This document shows, in pieces, positions 1-9,967 of a stretch of DNA of 64,000 nucleotides. Origin of the DNA: a virus; IMG/VR virus record IMGVR_UViG_3300047562_004403, positions 15,817 through 79,816 of that record; one strand, given 5' to 3'. How positions within the stretch are numbered: position 1 is the first letter of the stretch; each line of letters starts with the position of its first letter. The notes under the pieces were generated by a model. The model was given only the letters and a program-made list of their open reading frames with translations, searched no databases and had not been told where the DNA came from. Position numbers and translations under genes: made by a program.

Positions 1-1554
1 TCTTATGATGGGCAATCGCGAGATGTAGCCTTTAGAATTGCTTCAGGCGAAAATTTGGAATGGAAAAAACTACAAAATATAAATCTTACTTGGGCTGGAA
101 TACCTGGGTCTGATAATAAAATTTTTTACAATAATAATGTTACTGGCGAAAATGCTGCGGACATTCTTAATGCTAAATCATTAACAACGATAAACGCTTG
201 GCGTAGTGGTTGGGCCGGAAAAATATTTTCTATTAAAAGTGCTCCAGAACTAAATTATCTTCAAATAGGGTATAATACCTGGGAAGGATATTCCGGTACT
301 ACCGGAGAACAATACATACTTCCCTCAAATTTTGTAGAACCAATTTCGGGAAATTCTAGTTCAAAATTACGTTCATTACTATTACATAGTATTATTGGAG
401 CATCATCAAAAAAACTAGAATTTAGATCCGATGATTTACAAAATCTTCCTAAACTATCCTATCTAGAACTCCGAGATTCTTACTTTGTTGGAAAATTCCC
501 GACGGTCTATAACACTCCTAATAACCTTGTTTCTGGGGTTACATTAGGAATATACTTTAGAAATTGTAGATTTAGAAATCTTGATGCTATGGGAAGTTCT
601 ACTAATAGAATAGGAGTAATTTGGGGTCCGGGTAATGGAACCGGAGTGGGTGGTAGTTTATTACCTAATTTTACTATTAGCGGTTCTGGTAATAATAACA
701 CTCTCGATTATATTAATTTAACTTCAAATCTTAGTTCTAATTACCCCTCAAGTTGGGGTGTTTCTAGTAAAAGAAATCGTCCTATAGCTGCTCTTATAAC
801 CGGTTCGACAGAAACCACATCAGTCACCGAAGCAACTTGGACATCCAGAAATAATAATAATACAGCGAACGCAATATCAGATAAATTATATCAAAGTGCT
901 TCAGGTAGTTTTTCTATTAATACAAAAGTACTTGTAGGAGATATTGTTCTAAATGGTGGTAATGAATTGGGCGTAGTAACTCAAATAGATAGCAATAATG
1001 AGTTTATTTATATTTCTGATAATGTTTCTATTTCTGGGGCAACTCTTTCATTCAAAAGAGCCGGGCAACAAATTGGTAAAGCCTATTTAGATAATTATAC
1101 TAATCTATCATCTGTTTATCTAAGAGGTAATAGAATTACAGGAGATTTACCTAGTTTTGTAAATTGTTATGATTTAGTTTGGATGGACTTTTCGTATAAT
1201 TTAATTAATAATTATAGCGTTGGAACACTTCAAAATATCACCGGGGCAGCTACAGGAAGAAATTCAACCCCCAGGCTTAGAAGTCTAAATCTGAGATTTA
1301 ATCCGTTATCTGTAAATGCTATTCAAAGAATAATAGAAGACGCGTATGCTGTGGCTACATATTATTTTAATTTAAATTTAACACCAAATTTTACTATCTA
1401 TCTTTTTAATACTAAATATGATTCTAGTACAGATTCTTATATCAACTGGACTAGAGAAGAAATATTAAATACGTCCGAATTAGAAATAATTTTTAATCAG
1501 CTAGGTAGTGGTAACGCTTATTCTGGCGTAAATATTCAAATATTCGATAACTAA
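1..1554 (+). CDS. Leucine-rich-repeat virion/tail-associated protein (5' truncated by window edge)
   Basis: Frame is open from base 1 (SYDGQSRDVAF...). LRR units such as LQNLPKLSYLELRDSYFVGKFP and YTNLSSVYLRGNRITGDLP; sits next to tail-fibre-like genes. Confidence 0.7.
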   Translation, partial: SYDGQSRDVAFRIASGENLEWKKLQNINLTWAGIPGSDNKIFYNNNVTGENAADILNAKSLTTINAWRSGWAGKIFSIKSAPELNYLQIGYNTWEGYSGTTGEQYILPSNFVEPISGNSSSKLRSLLLHSIIGASSKKLEFRSDDLQNLPKLSYLELRDSYFVGKFPTVYNTPNNLVSGVTLGIYFRNCRFRNLDAMGSSTNRIGVIWGPGNGTGVGGSLLPNFTISGSGNNNTLDYINLTSNLSSNYPSSWGVSSKRNRPIAALITGSTETTSVTEATWTSRNNNNTANAISDKLYQSASGSFSINTKVLVGDIVLNGGNELGVVTQIDSNNEFIYISDNVSISGATLSFKRAGQQIGKAYLDNYTNLSSVYLRGNRITGDLPSFVNCYDLVWMDFSYNLINNYSVGTLQNITGAATGRNSTPRLRSLNLRFNPLSVNAIQRIIEDAYAVATYYFNLNLTPNFTIYLFNTKYDSSTDSYINWTREEILNTSELEIIFNQLGSGNAYSGVNIQIFDN

Positions 1555-1572
1555 TAGGAGTAAAAACACGCC

Positions 1573-3687
1573 ATGGCAATTGGATTATCGACCCGTAAAA
1601 ATTTATCAGAATCAAATCTAAATCTAAAAACTGCTCTTCAGAAGTTATATGCTCCTGGAATAGAAGATGATCTTACTTTGTTTTCTTTATCATCCTCTAT
1701 TGAATCAATATGTTTTTCAGGATTAGTAGATGACGAAAATGTTCAAATTACACGTGTAACTAAAGAAAAACTTCTCGCGTCCAGCGGACAAGTTTTAAAT
1801 AGAACAAAATTCAATACAAAATATTTTACTTTTACCGACGACAACGAGGTATATTTTAAAGAATATACTATTCCAATCGGAACTAGTAGCGACGCCGAAG
1901 AGCCAATTTTCTCGAATTCTGGATCAATTCCTAACGTAAAAACATTGTCAGGAGGAGAAGGATTTTATTTTCTTGATTTTAATGATGTTTCCTCTGATCT
2001 ATGTAAAAAAATTGCTACTTGGACGGCTAGTTCATCAAATCAAATAACTATTACACTACAGAACCACGGATTTGTTGCTGGGCAATCTTTGGAGCTTAGA
2101 TTTAATAACACTGGTGGCGGTACAATTGCGAATTATGGTACATATGTGATAACGAGTGTCCCCACAGCAAATACATTCACCGTAACGCATTCTACTGCTA
2201 TAACTGGTAGTGGTAATGTTTTAGTCAAATTTTTAACATTTAAAATAGAAAATGTTGGTCTTAAAGGTACTAAGAGCGGAGCTACAAACGCTAAAGCAAC
2301 CGTCGAATTTATCTTAAAAGACCCTACAAACTTAAAAGGAACTTTAGCAACCTATACTAATACTGAAATAGGTACAGATCTGGGTAACGATCTTAATGAT
2401 CTAGACTCAGAACTCCCCTTTGTGACAATTTCTTACGCAAATCATGGATTTGTAACAGGGGAGAGTATATATATTCAAATTCTTGAGGGGAGCGCAAAAA
2501 GCGCATATGTAAGTGTTACTAGAATTAATAATAATTCTTTTAAAGCAAAATTAATTTGCCCTTCTATAAATACGTCTCTCAGTTGCAAATTTTTTAAAGT
2601 ACAAGAATTAACAAATTGGACCCCCAACACAGTAGAAAGATTTTCTGTATCATCAGTGACTATTACAGATGGCGGGACAAATTACGTTATTCCAGAAAGT
2701 CTAACACTAATAGAAAGTAACGTTATCTTACAGTCAAATTTGCAAACATTAAAATTAAAAAAGCAGCCAGGTAAGTTTTTTTCAGAAAAGCCAGAATTTA
2801 TCGTAACAGATTACTATAGATATCTTGTAAGGGGCTCGAGTAACACCGGATTTTATTTATATGACACGATAAAAGCAAAATATCTTTTCCTAGATCGCAA
2901 TACGGCATCGGCTGGACTAACTAATGAACAAAAAATAGAGTTAAGAAGGGCGGATAATATCTATGTTGAAAATTTTCTTCAGTTTAAATATGCTCAATCT
3001 ACAATATATCTAAATAACTATGAACCCACTCTTGGATCTATGGAGTCACTATTGGGTCAGCTTTCGCAAACGTCAATTACTGCTAGTTTTATAAAACAAC
3101 GTTCCGCCGAAGCAATTCAAAACACACGCAGACCCATAGACGTAACATCTTCCGAAAATATTTTTGGATATAATTATAACATTTTTGAAGGGGGAGATGT
3201 TATTATTAAACAACGTGTGGTCCTAAGAGATCAGGACTATATTCTTAATCCCACAAACCCCGCTATTACAGGAGATAAATTACGTGATGAAGTAGATAGG
3301 TTTGTTTTAGCATCATCAGAAATTCGTGTTCCCGGATTATTTATTAAAGTTGGTAATGTTTATAAAAGAGCATTTTCTACATCAGATAAACCTTTTTACC
3401 AATCAACTAATTCCGGAATAGCTAATCCCCAACTTATTTCTGGTCAACCTGACTACGGTGCTTTGAGCGCTGAGAATACCGCATCTGCCGATCCTACAAC
3501 TTCAGATTGGTATTCATATAATGTTACCGTCTCAGAATTAGCGCAACGAATTCATACAAATGGTAAAGATGGTGCATTCTACTACCATAGAACCACTAAA
3601 CCAACTGTAACGTCAATTACTACAAAAAAAGGTACGGATCCTTCAGCGACTATTTATTCAGTTCCTCTATTTACTTTAGGTTCTTAA
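1573..3687 (+). CDS. Putative tail fibre/baseplate structural protein
   Basis: 704 aa, Thr/Ser/Gly-rich, two NHGF..G..I beta-modules, N-terminal GL.RKNLSE anchor-like motif. Confidence 0.55.
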   Translation: MAIGLSTRKNLSESNLNLKTALQKLYAPGIEDDLTLFSLSSSIESICFSGLVDDENVQITRVTKEKLLASSGQVLNRTKFNTKYFTFTDDNEVYFKEYTIPIGTSSDAEEPIFSNSGSIPNVKTLSGGEGFYFLDFNDVSSDLCKKIATWTASSSNQITITLQNHGFVAGQSLELRFNNTGGGTIANYGTYVITSVPTANTFTVTHSTAITGSGNVLVKFLTFKIENVGLKGTKSGATNAKATVEFILKDPTNLKGTLATYTNTEIGTDLGNDLNDLDSELPFVTISYANHGFVTGESIYIQILEGSAKSAYVSVTRINNNSFKAKLICPSINTSLSCKFFKVQELTNWTPNTVERFSVSSVTITDGGTNYVIPESLTLIESNVILQSNLQTLKLKKQPGKFFSEKPEFIVTDYYRYLVRGSSNTGFYLYDTIKAKYLFLDRNTASAGLTNEQKIELRRADNIYVENFLQFKYAQSTIYLNNYEPTLGSMESLLGQLSQTSITASFIKQRSAEAIQNTRRPIDVTSSENIFGYNYNIFEGGDVIIKQRVVLRDQDYILNPTNPAITGDKLRDEVDRFVLASSEIRVPGLFIKVGNVYKRAFSTSDKPFYQSTNSGIANPQLISGQPDYGALSAENTASADPTTSDWYSYNVTVSELAQRIHTNGKDGAFYYHRTTKPTVTSITTKKGTDPSATIYSVPLFTLGS

Positions 3688-6600
3688 GTCCAAGCAGGAT
3701 TACTTGGAGTAAGTACATTTAAATCACTACCTTGCTGATGAATAAATAAGAAATATTTATCAGTTACGTCTCTATTATTAGAATGTTTAGAAGCGTCTTT
3801 ATAAAGATTAGAATTAACTGCTAAATCTGCGTGCGTTGAACTAGAGGAAGGAAGTTCTACTCTTAGTTCTAGGGGCAATTTATGTGTATATTCTGTTCCT
3901 GAAAAAGTAACTTTATCTGCAGCATTGGGTATTTTTATCAGTTCGGGTCTTTGGCTCGAAGTAAAATCAAAGACTAACTTATCTGTGATATAAACATACC
4001 GGCCTCCTAAATTTTGTCCTCCATTTATTCTTCCTCCCCACCACATATCGTATTCTCCGGTACTGGACGCGTAAAGATCGGTATCAGATTTAGCAATAGG
4101 ACTTAATAATAAATTTTGAACGGAATATGGAGGATAGCATAGGCCACCAAGACCCGGATTAGTGGGATCAGAAGAACCATTATCGTATCCGAAGGGAGTT
4201 ACAATCTCCGCTGGCGGAGCAGGAAGTTCTGTATCGCTACTAAACGGAGTTAATGTTGTAGGAGAATCACCTTCTTTTACAAATAGAACTTCTCCGAAGC
4301 TTAAACCGGCTCCGTTATCTACTCTGAGGTATTGATATGACCCGTTAAAAACATATTTAATCTGAGAGGGATTAGTAAATGCTGCGGAGAGCGATATTCC
4401 AGCCCCCGAGGAATCCACCACTCTTGTGGGTAATGTTGCTCCTAGTTGGAAAAAATTATAATAAATTTCTGCAGTAAAAGTTCCCGTTGATTTTGCTGGG
4501 GCAAATGTGACTACACTATTTGTATGATTAAAATTTGTAACTAAATACGTAGTATTATCTCCAGTAAACTTAATTTCTGTTCCATCGTATTGATCTGCAT
4601 CTTCTCCAAATTTTTCAAAAGTTCCTGACGGTGCGGTAAAGGTAGTTGCGGTTGTTAATGTAATTGATACAGAAGACACTGAAGGCCTTAAAACTCCTAT
4701 TAAACCGTAAAAACTAAAATCTTGACTCGAAGAATTTTTAAAAGAATGTATAAAAGCTTCTTTATTGGTATGATTTCTTGACGTAGCACCCATTGCTAAT
4801 TTAGCAATAATCCCAGTTTCATCTTTAGCGCCACTAATAGTAAAATATAAACGTGCTAAGCCATCTACTTCAAAGTATGAAATTCCTGACGTAGAGGAGT
4901 GAGTCGATGGAAGAACCTGAGTTGTTATTTGAGAGATATTTTGACGTGATGGATTGGAAAACGTGGTGGTATTATCTACCATGTGAAGATTTTTTCCATA
5001 TGTGGGTGTTGCAGTCGTCTCTATTGCGCCCATATCATTACTAGGGTACGCATCAATAATAACCGAACCACCACGCCCTGCTTGATTTTTAATTACTTCG
5101 ATAAAAGTATAGTTTTCCCCATCATTTCTTACTTCTCCGGGCTGTAAATTTTTCCCCGCGTAAGGCGGTGTAGTGCCGATTTCCCCTTCCGTACCTTTTT
5201 TCTGACGTCCCACCATTAATAGGGTGGGGTGGTTATAATCGTAGTCTCTTCCCCCCGCGTTTTCGGTTAAAGAATTAACTATAAATCCGTCATACCTTGA
5301 AGGTCCATATGTAAGAGTGATTGGTAATTCAGCATATTTTGCTTGGTAATATGAAAGATTTTCCTCAAATGGGACTTTTTTAGGATCCGGGTTAGCGTAA
5401 TTTGGACCGGTGGAGAAAAGATCCGCAATTGTCTCATATTTTTCATTAGGAGATGGATTAAAAATATATCCTTGCCACAATTCTTCTCTAGATCTACTAG
5501 AGTTACCTGGAAATACATTAAAAACTCTATTCGAAGCTATAATCCAAACTTTATGTCCATTTGCTGGAGTAGAACCAGGAAGCGAAAATGTAGCTCTAAT
5601 TGTTCCAGCATCATCCTGTGTATCTGCTGTAATTAAACTGTCAGGGACTAAATAGTCATCAATTGTGCTTGGCTTTGTAACAGTTGACGAAGGAAATGTA
5701 TACCCTAAAATTTCAAAAGGGTTATTAAAATTAGCAAAATTAGCTTCATTGCTATCACTACCCCCCGAAGAAGTATCTACTGTCCATGAGGTAGTGGCAG
5801 AATCATAAACCAAACGAAGTTGGGCCGAATAGTCATTCCATTTTGCCAAATCAGTAGGCGCTAAATCAGTAGTTAATAGATCAAGGGCAAATGAAGCCGG
5901 GCCTGGTGGTTGCCTTGTAAGTGTATTGGAGTCGGTTGAGTCTGGTTGACCATACCAAAATCTAATGACTACTGGAACATATTCATTGTCAAAAGTTCCT
6001 ATATCTTCCCCTTCTTCATCTTCGTAAGTCGATCCTAAATCCCAGGCTCCTCCGTCACTGGTTGTTCTCTGAGAAGGAAGGGTTCCGGATCCAGTCCCTG
6101 TAGGAGTTGTTGGGCCTCCCTGAACGTAATACACATTATATCCGATATTTGAATTAGGGGCTGGTTGTTCTTTAGAGAGTTGTTCGTAATAGTTTGAGGG
6201 ATTAGAAGTATCTAAAGCAGTTTTCCATCCTCCGGCTACAGGTGTTCCATTTGAATCTTCTCCTGCTTTTTCATAATAATCTATTCTTAAATGCCCATTA
6301 ACTTGAGCCGCAAATCTTTGCAAAGTTAACCCTGAACCAGTGAAACCCTTCTTAAACCACGTGTCAATTCTAATTCCCCAATTATCGCGTGCTTCTATAC
6401 CGCTAAGAGGCGAATTTTCAAATTGTATATTTCCGTCTTTTACAATTGGTAGTTTAGGATCTTCATTAGTTGTAGTTACGTTTCCGTACTCGTCTCTGTC
6501 TCTAAAATCAAAATTATATTCACCATTCCACCACCACTCTGTTTCTTTTATGGGTATAAAAGAAGAACCTAAAACATACCCCACTCTATGAGTACGAGAA

Positions 6601-7166
6601 ATTTCTTCTTCGCTTACAGGAATAAAATCCGGAGCGTTTTCTATCGTAGAATCAATTGCTTCTGTGTAAAATGGTGGGGGGTTTTTATGGGTATATTTTT
6701 TATTATTACTATCTAATTCGTCAATCGGAACAACATATTTAAATAATACACCACCTTGGCCTTGGTACACCGTACCTCGTCCCGCAAAACCTTCAAACTG
6801 TTTAATTCTATCCTGAATTCTTTGTCTAGGGTTTACTAGAGGAACCTGTAAACTACCGTCTTCTGAGTTGATAGAAACGTTCTGCAACGTTTGAAAATCT
6901 TCATTTTTTAAATCGTATCTGACAATTCCGTCAATAATTTGTAAGTCTGTAGCTGTAAATAAACCCAAGACTTTAGCTTCAGCCGGATCTTGTAAATCTG
7001 TAAGAACCTCTGTTAGTGCTTTATCCGAAGCTGTTAAATCGGATAAAGCTTTATCTCTAGAGAGACCATAGTATTTAACCTCGGTCTCTATAGTATTTTC
7101 TTGGGAGAAGAGGGATGGTTGAGTAGTAGAAACCCTTAATCTTCCGCTGCTTCTAATCTTGGGCAT
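3684..7166 (-). CDS. Putative virion structural/tail fibre protein
   Basis: 1160 aa beta-rich protein; N-terminal GLSRDKALSDL resembles the motif in the convergent neighbour; preceded by late-type motif GTTTAAGG. Confidence 0.55.
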   Translation of the reverse strand: MPKIRSSGRLRVSTTQPSLFSQENTIETEVKYYGLSRDKALSDLTASDKALTEVLTDLQDPAEAKVLGLFTATDLQIIDGIVRYDLKNEDFQTLQNVSINSEDGSLQVPLVNPRQRIQDRIKQFEGFAGRGTVYQGQGGVLFKYVVPIDELDSNNKKYTHKNPPPFYTEAIDSTIENAPDFIPVSEEEISRTHRVGYVLGSSFIPIKETEWWWNGEYNFDFRDRDEYGNVTTTNEDPKLPIVKDGNIQFENSPLSGIEARDNWGIRIDTWFKKGFTGSGLTLQRFAAQVNGHLRIDYYEKAGEDSNGTPVAGGWKTALDTSNPSNYYEQLSKEQPAPNSNIGYNVYYVQGGPTTPTGTGSGTLPSQRTTSDGGAWDLGSTYEDEEGEDIGTFDNEYVPVVIRFWYGQPDSTDSNTLTRQPPGPASFALDLLTTDLAPTDLAKWNDYSAQLRLVYDSATTSWTVDTSSGGSDSNEANFANFNNPFEILGYTFPSSTVTKPSTIDDYLVPDSLITADTQDDAGTIRATFSLPGSTPANGHKVWIIASNRVFNVFPGNSSRSREELWQGYIFNPSPNEKYETIADLFSTGPNYANPDPKKVPFEENLSYYQAKYAELPITLTYGPSRYDGFIVNSLTENAGGRDYDYNHPTLLMVGRQKKGTEGEIGTTPPYAGKNLQPGEVRNDGENYTFIEVIKNQAGRGGSVIIDAYPSNDMGAIETTATPTYGKNLHMVDNTTTFSNPSRQNISQITTQVLPSTHSSTSGISYFEVDGLARLYFTISGAKDETGIIAKLAMGATSRNHTNKEAFIHSFKNSSSQDFSFYGLIGVLRPSVSSVSITLTTATTFTAPSGTFEKFGEDADQYDGTEIKFTGDNTTYLVTNFNHTNSVVTFAPAKSTGTFTAEIYYNFFQLGATLPTRVVDSSGAGISLSAAFTNPSQIKYVFNGSYQYLRVDNGAGLSFGEVLFVKEGDSPTTLTPFSSDTELPAPPAEIVTPFGYDNGSSDPTNPGLGGLCYPPYSVQNLLLSPIAKSDTDLYASSTGEYDMWWGGRINGGQNLGGRYVYITDKLVFDFTSSQRPELIKIPNAADKVTFSGTEYTHKLPLELRVELPSSSSTHADLAVNSNLYKDASKHSNNRDVTDKYFLFIHQQGSDLNVLTPSNPAWT

Positions 7167-7206
7167 TTTAAGACACTATGTATATATAACCTTAAACCTC
7201 CTTTAA

Positions 7207-7950
7207 CTACTTAGAGGAGGAATATAGGTCTGCATATGCTCTAATTACAGATTGAACAAATTCGGAACGTTCAATGTCTCCAAATCCAAACTCAACATAA
7301 CCCACATCAGGTAGATAGCGAAGGCGCTTAAGTGCATCAGATAATCCGTCATTTCCGAATCGATTAGCCAAGTCTCGTTGAACAATATCTCCAAGAATAG
7401 CGACATTAGACCCGTCTCCAAGACGGGTTAGAATAGTCATTACACTGTGCGTCGTGGCATTTTGCATCTCATCAGCGACAATCATGCAACGGTGCAATGA
7501 CCTCCCTCTGAGGTGCTCAATCGGGAGGAACTCAATGTGCTTTTTGGCAAGGAGGTATTCGGCTTTGCCTTTAGGCATAAATACCTCTAACGAATCACGA
7601 ACTGGGGCAAGATGTGGAGCAATTTTTTCATCGAGGTTTCCGGGCAAAAATCCAAAACCCTGCTCTCCGGGTATATTGACAACGGGTTTTACATAATAAA
7701 TCTTATCAATTTCACGTTTATAGAGTTTCTCATGGGCCACATACATGGCTAATAAAGTTTTTGCTGTTCCTGGAGGTCCGGAGAGAAGCGTAAGAGTTCT
7801 AGTTCTTAGGTATCTCATCGCATCCACCTGGTTAGGATTTCGAGGCATCAGGGGCTTATGTTCGTTAAATTTTGACTGGATAATTTCCTGATCGTTTAGA
7901 GTATCAACTTTTAAAGACAAATGTTGCTTGCGTAAAGATTTTCTAGCCAT
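7207..7950 (-). CDS. phoH: PhoH-family ATPase
   Basis: GPPGTAKT Walker A, GFLPGNLDEK, LRGRSL, DEMQN, LTRLG, GDIVQRD motifs. Confidence 0.95.
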   Translation of the reverse strand: MARKSLRKQHLSLKVDTLNDQEIIQSKFNEHKPLMPRNPNQVDAMRYLRTRTLTLLSGPPGTAKTLLAMYVAHEKLYKREIDKIYYVKPVVNIPGEQGFGFLPGNLDEKIAPHLAPVRDSLEVFMPKGKAEYLLAKKHIEFLPIEHLRGRSLHRCMIVADEMQNATTHSVMTILTRLGDGSNVAILGDIVQRDLANRFGNDGLSDALKRLRYLPDVGYVEFGFGDIERSEFVQSVIRAYADLYSSSK

Positions 7951-7983
7951 GAGACTTACTATACTACGTTAACAAATAGATGC

Positions 7984-8017
7984 AAAAAAAGACCCAAAAG
8001 TAATAACTTCGGGGTCT
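7984..8017 (-). terminator. Intrinsic terminator
   Basis: Minus strand reads GACCCCGAAGT-TATT-ACTTTTGGGTC followed by a T run, downstream of 8078..8419. Confidence 0.65.
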
Positions 8018-8077
8018 CTGGGTCACTTGATTTATGCTTATGGGACATGTAGAAGTGTTTTCACATCCTAACAATCC

Positions 8078-8419
8078 TTAAACCACTCTAATTTTAAGTG
8101 TACTTCCAGTACGATACATTCCGCCCACCGGTACTGCCGGAGTAGCCGCGGAAGCAGCGGCATCATCATCAAACTCACGGAGACCAGTAAAATCAATTAG
8201 GGAAAAAGGAACAAGATCTCTGCCACCAAGTTTTCTAACAGTGCCCGTGCCATCGACATAATACGCGTGGTCTAATGCCTCGTTGAGAAATAATTCTCCT
8301 CTATAGGCAAAATTTTCATCCTCGTCATGCTCTGTTTGTAAATAAGACAGATTATGTGTAGGATCATCGGTAAATCTTATTCCCCAACGATGAAAAGGAG
8401 GTTCTGGAGTAGCGGGCAT
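8078..8419 (-). CDS. Hypothetical virion protein (fibre-tip-like C-terminus)
   Basis: 113-aa ORF; C-terminal DDAAA...VGGMYRTGSTLKIR motif resembles phage fibre tips; GTTTAAAG upstream. Confidence 0.5.
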   Translation of the reverse strand: MPATPEPPFHRWGIRFTDDPTHNLSYLQTEHDEDENFAYRGELFLNEALDHAYYVDGTGTVRKLGGRDLVPFSLIDFTGLREFDDDAAASAATPAVPVGGMYRTGSTLKIRVV

Positions 8420-8448
8420 AGTCCTGCTCTAATATGTTTATATCTGTA

Positions 8449-8456
8449 CTTTAAAC
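8449..8456 (-). promoter_or_regulatory. Putative late promoter element GTTTAAAG
   Basis: Exact motif 29 nt upstream of the ATG at 8419; recurs before many structural genes. Confidence 0.55.
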
Positions 8457-8565
8457 TTTGATAAGTTAGTACGTTAGTAAAAGTAAAAGTAAAAAACTAC
8501 TATGCACTAAACTACGGGGCGTATATATACGTATGTATATTGCTATTTTATAATAGCAAAAAATT

Positions 8566-8574
8566 TGATATAAT
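8566..8574 (+). promoter_or_regulatory. Extended -10 (TGnTATAAT) host-sigma promoter
   Basis: TGATATAAT immediately upstream of the dNMP kinase gene. Confidence 0.55.
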
Positions 8575-8583
8575 ATTGTCATT

Positions 8584-9171
8584 ATGATTTCTCTTCCAGT
8601 GTCAAAACCAACCACAGTTGTTCTTTTAGGAGCAGATCGAGTCGGTAAATCTACCATTATTGAAAATACAGCCGAACGATTTAAACGTAAAGATATTGAT
8701 TTTTTGTCATTGCATTTTGATGGTCCTAAACCCTATCACTCTTCTCCTATAGAACAATATACCATCCCGTTTGATTTGGCAATTGATTCAATGCCAGAAT
8801 TTATCCTATGCGATAGGGGATTTTCAGAGGTATGTTTTTATGACGAATTTAGGAGACATATTTCTATTTCGCATGAATGGGCCCAAGTAGCCGAATCATA
8901 TTTCCTTGAGAAGAGCCGAAATGTAAAAGTTTTTCTATTGGAGAGGGACTGGGATTGGGCCCAACCTCATCACTTTGAGGAGGTAAAAAAAGAAGAGCCT
9001 AACGCCACTGCTTGGTGGATTAAAAATCGGATGAAAGCCAGAGAGGCAGAGCACTATGCCTATTACGATTATATGCATAATTATCTCAATAACCATTCTC
9101 TTCTTCCACACACGGTTCTCAGAGATGTTGAATATGATTTCAGTCTGTTTGATTTGATTACCGATGTTTAA
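8584..9171 (+). CDS. Deoxynucleoside monophosphate (thymidylate-like) kinase
   Basis: P-loop GADRVGKST and LCDRGF.E motif typical of the TMK/dNMP kinase family. Confidence 0.7.
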   Translation: MISLPVSKPTTVVLLGADRVGKSTIIENTAERFKRKDIDFLSLHFDGPKPYHSSPIEQYTIPFDLAIDSMPEFILCDRGFSEVCFYDEFRRHISISHEWAQVAESYFLEKSRNVKVFLLERDWDWAQPHHFEEVKKEEPNATAWWIKNRMKAREAEHYAYYDYMHNYLNNHSLLPHTVLRDVEYDFSLFDLITDV

Positions 9172-9173
9172 AG
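9166..9173 (+). promoter_or_regulatory. Putative late promoter element GTTTAAAG
   Basis: Exact motif upstream of the structural operon 9222-13665. Confidence 0.5.
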
Positions 9174-9221
9174 ATATATTGATTACACCCTGTTTAGGGT
9201 ATTTAGAAGTATTACTTCATC

Positions 9222-9950
9222 ATGGCTACCATTCTTAACCAAGGTCTTTACCGTACTCTTGGAATTCAGTTTGAATATAAAATTAAACTTCAGGAGTTCT
9301 TAAGTGAAGCTCATACAGACGCTCTTGTTTCTTCATATAGTAGTGGGTCAAATACACCGGCTAATCGTATTGCTCTTTATAACTCATTTGTTAAAGCCGG
9401 TCCGACCATGGGATTTGAGGCAAAAAAAGCTGCCTACGGTCTCCTCGAGTATGTTTGCCAAGCATTAGTAGCAAATGCTGATGTCCCTGCTGCCGATAAA
9501 ACAGCCATTAACGATTTGCTTGTTAACGTAACTCGTTATGTCGGCATGGAAGGCGAGGAAGATTTTCACTTCATGGTTGCAACGTTCGATCTTGCTGAAG
9601 TCATCTCCGGGATCGTAGGTGAGGTTGTTCCGGCTCCTCAGGCTCCTGTGGGTGCCATTGATACCCTAACCATTGCTGATGGAGGTAGTGGTTATACTAC
9701 TGACGGAGCGACTGACACCGGCGCCGTAGCAATCTTGATCGAATCCACAGAAACTAACAATCCGGCTGGATATACTGCTGCTGAAGGAACTGCAACTCTT
9801 ACGGGTGGCGAAGTTACTGGCATTTCTGTTTCTGATGGTGGAGTTGGCTTCAAGGTTGGTCAAATTGTTACTATTACAGTTGACAATGTTACTTCGCCCG
9901 GCGCTACTCAAGAAACTGAGGCTCTTGCCGAAATCACTGCTGTTTCCTAA
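9222..9950 (+). CDS. Virion structural protein
   Basis: C-terminal I.DGGSGY...GEVTGISVSDGGVGF repeats typical of cyanophage structural proteins. Confidence 0.6.
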   Translation: MATILNQGLYRTLGIQFEYKIKLQEFLSEAHTDALVSSYSSGSNTPANRIALYNSFVKAGPTMGFEAKKAAYGLLEYVCQALVANADVPAADKTAINDLLVNVTRYVGMEGEEDFHFMVATFDLAEVISGIVGEVVPAPQAPVGAIDTLTIADGGSGYTTDGATDTGAVAILIESTETNNPAGYTAAEGTATLTGGEVTGISVSDGGVGFKVGQIVTITVDNVTSPGATQETEALAEITAVS

Positions 9951-9967
9951 TAAACCCATAATAAGAT

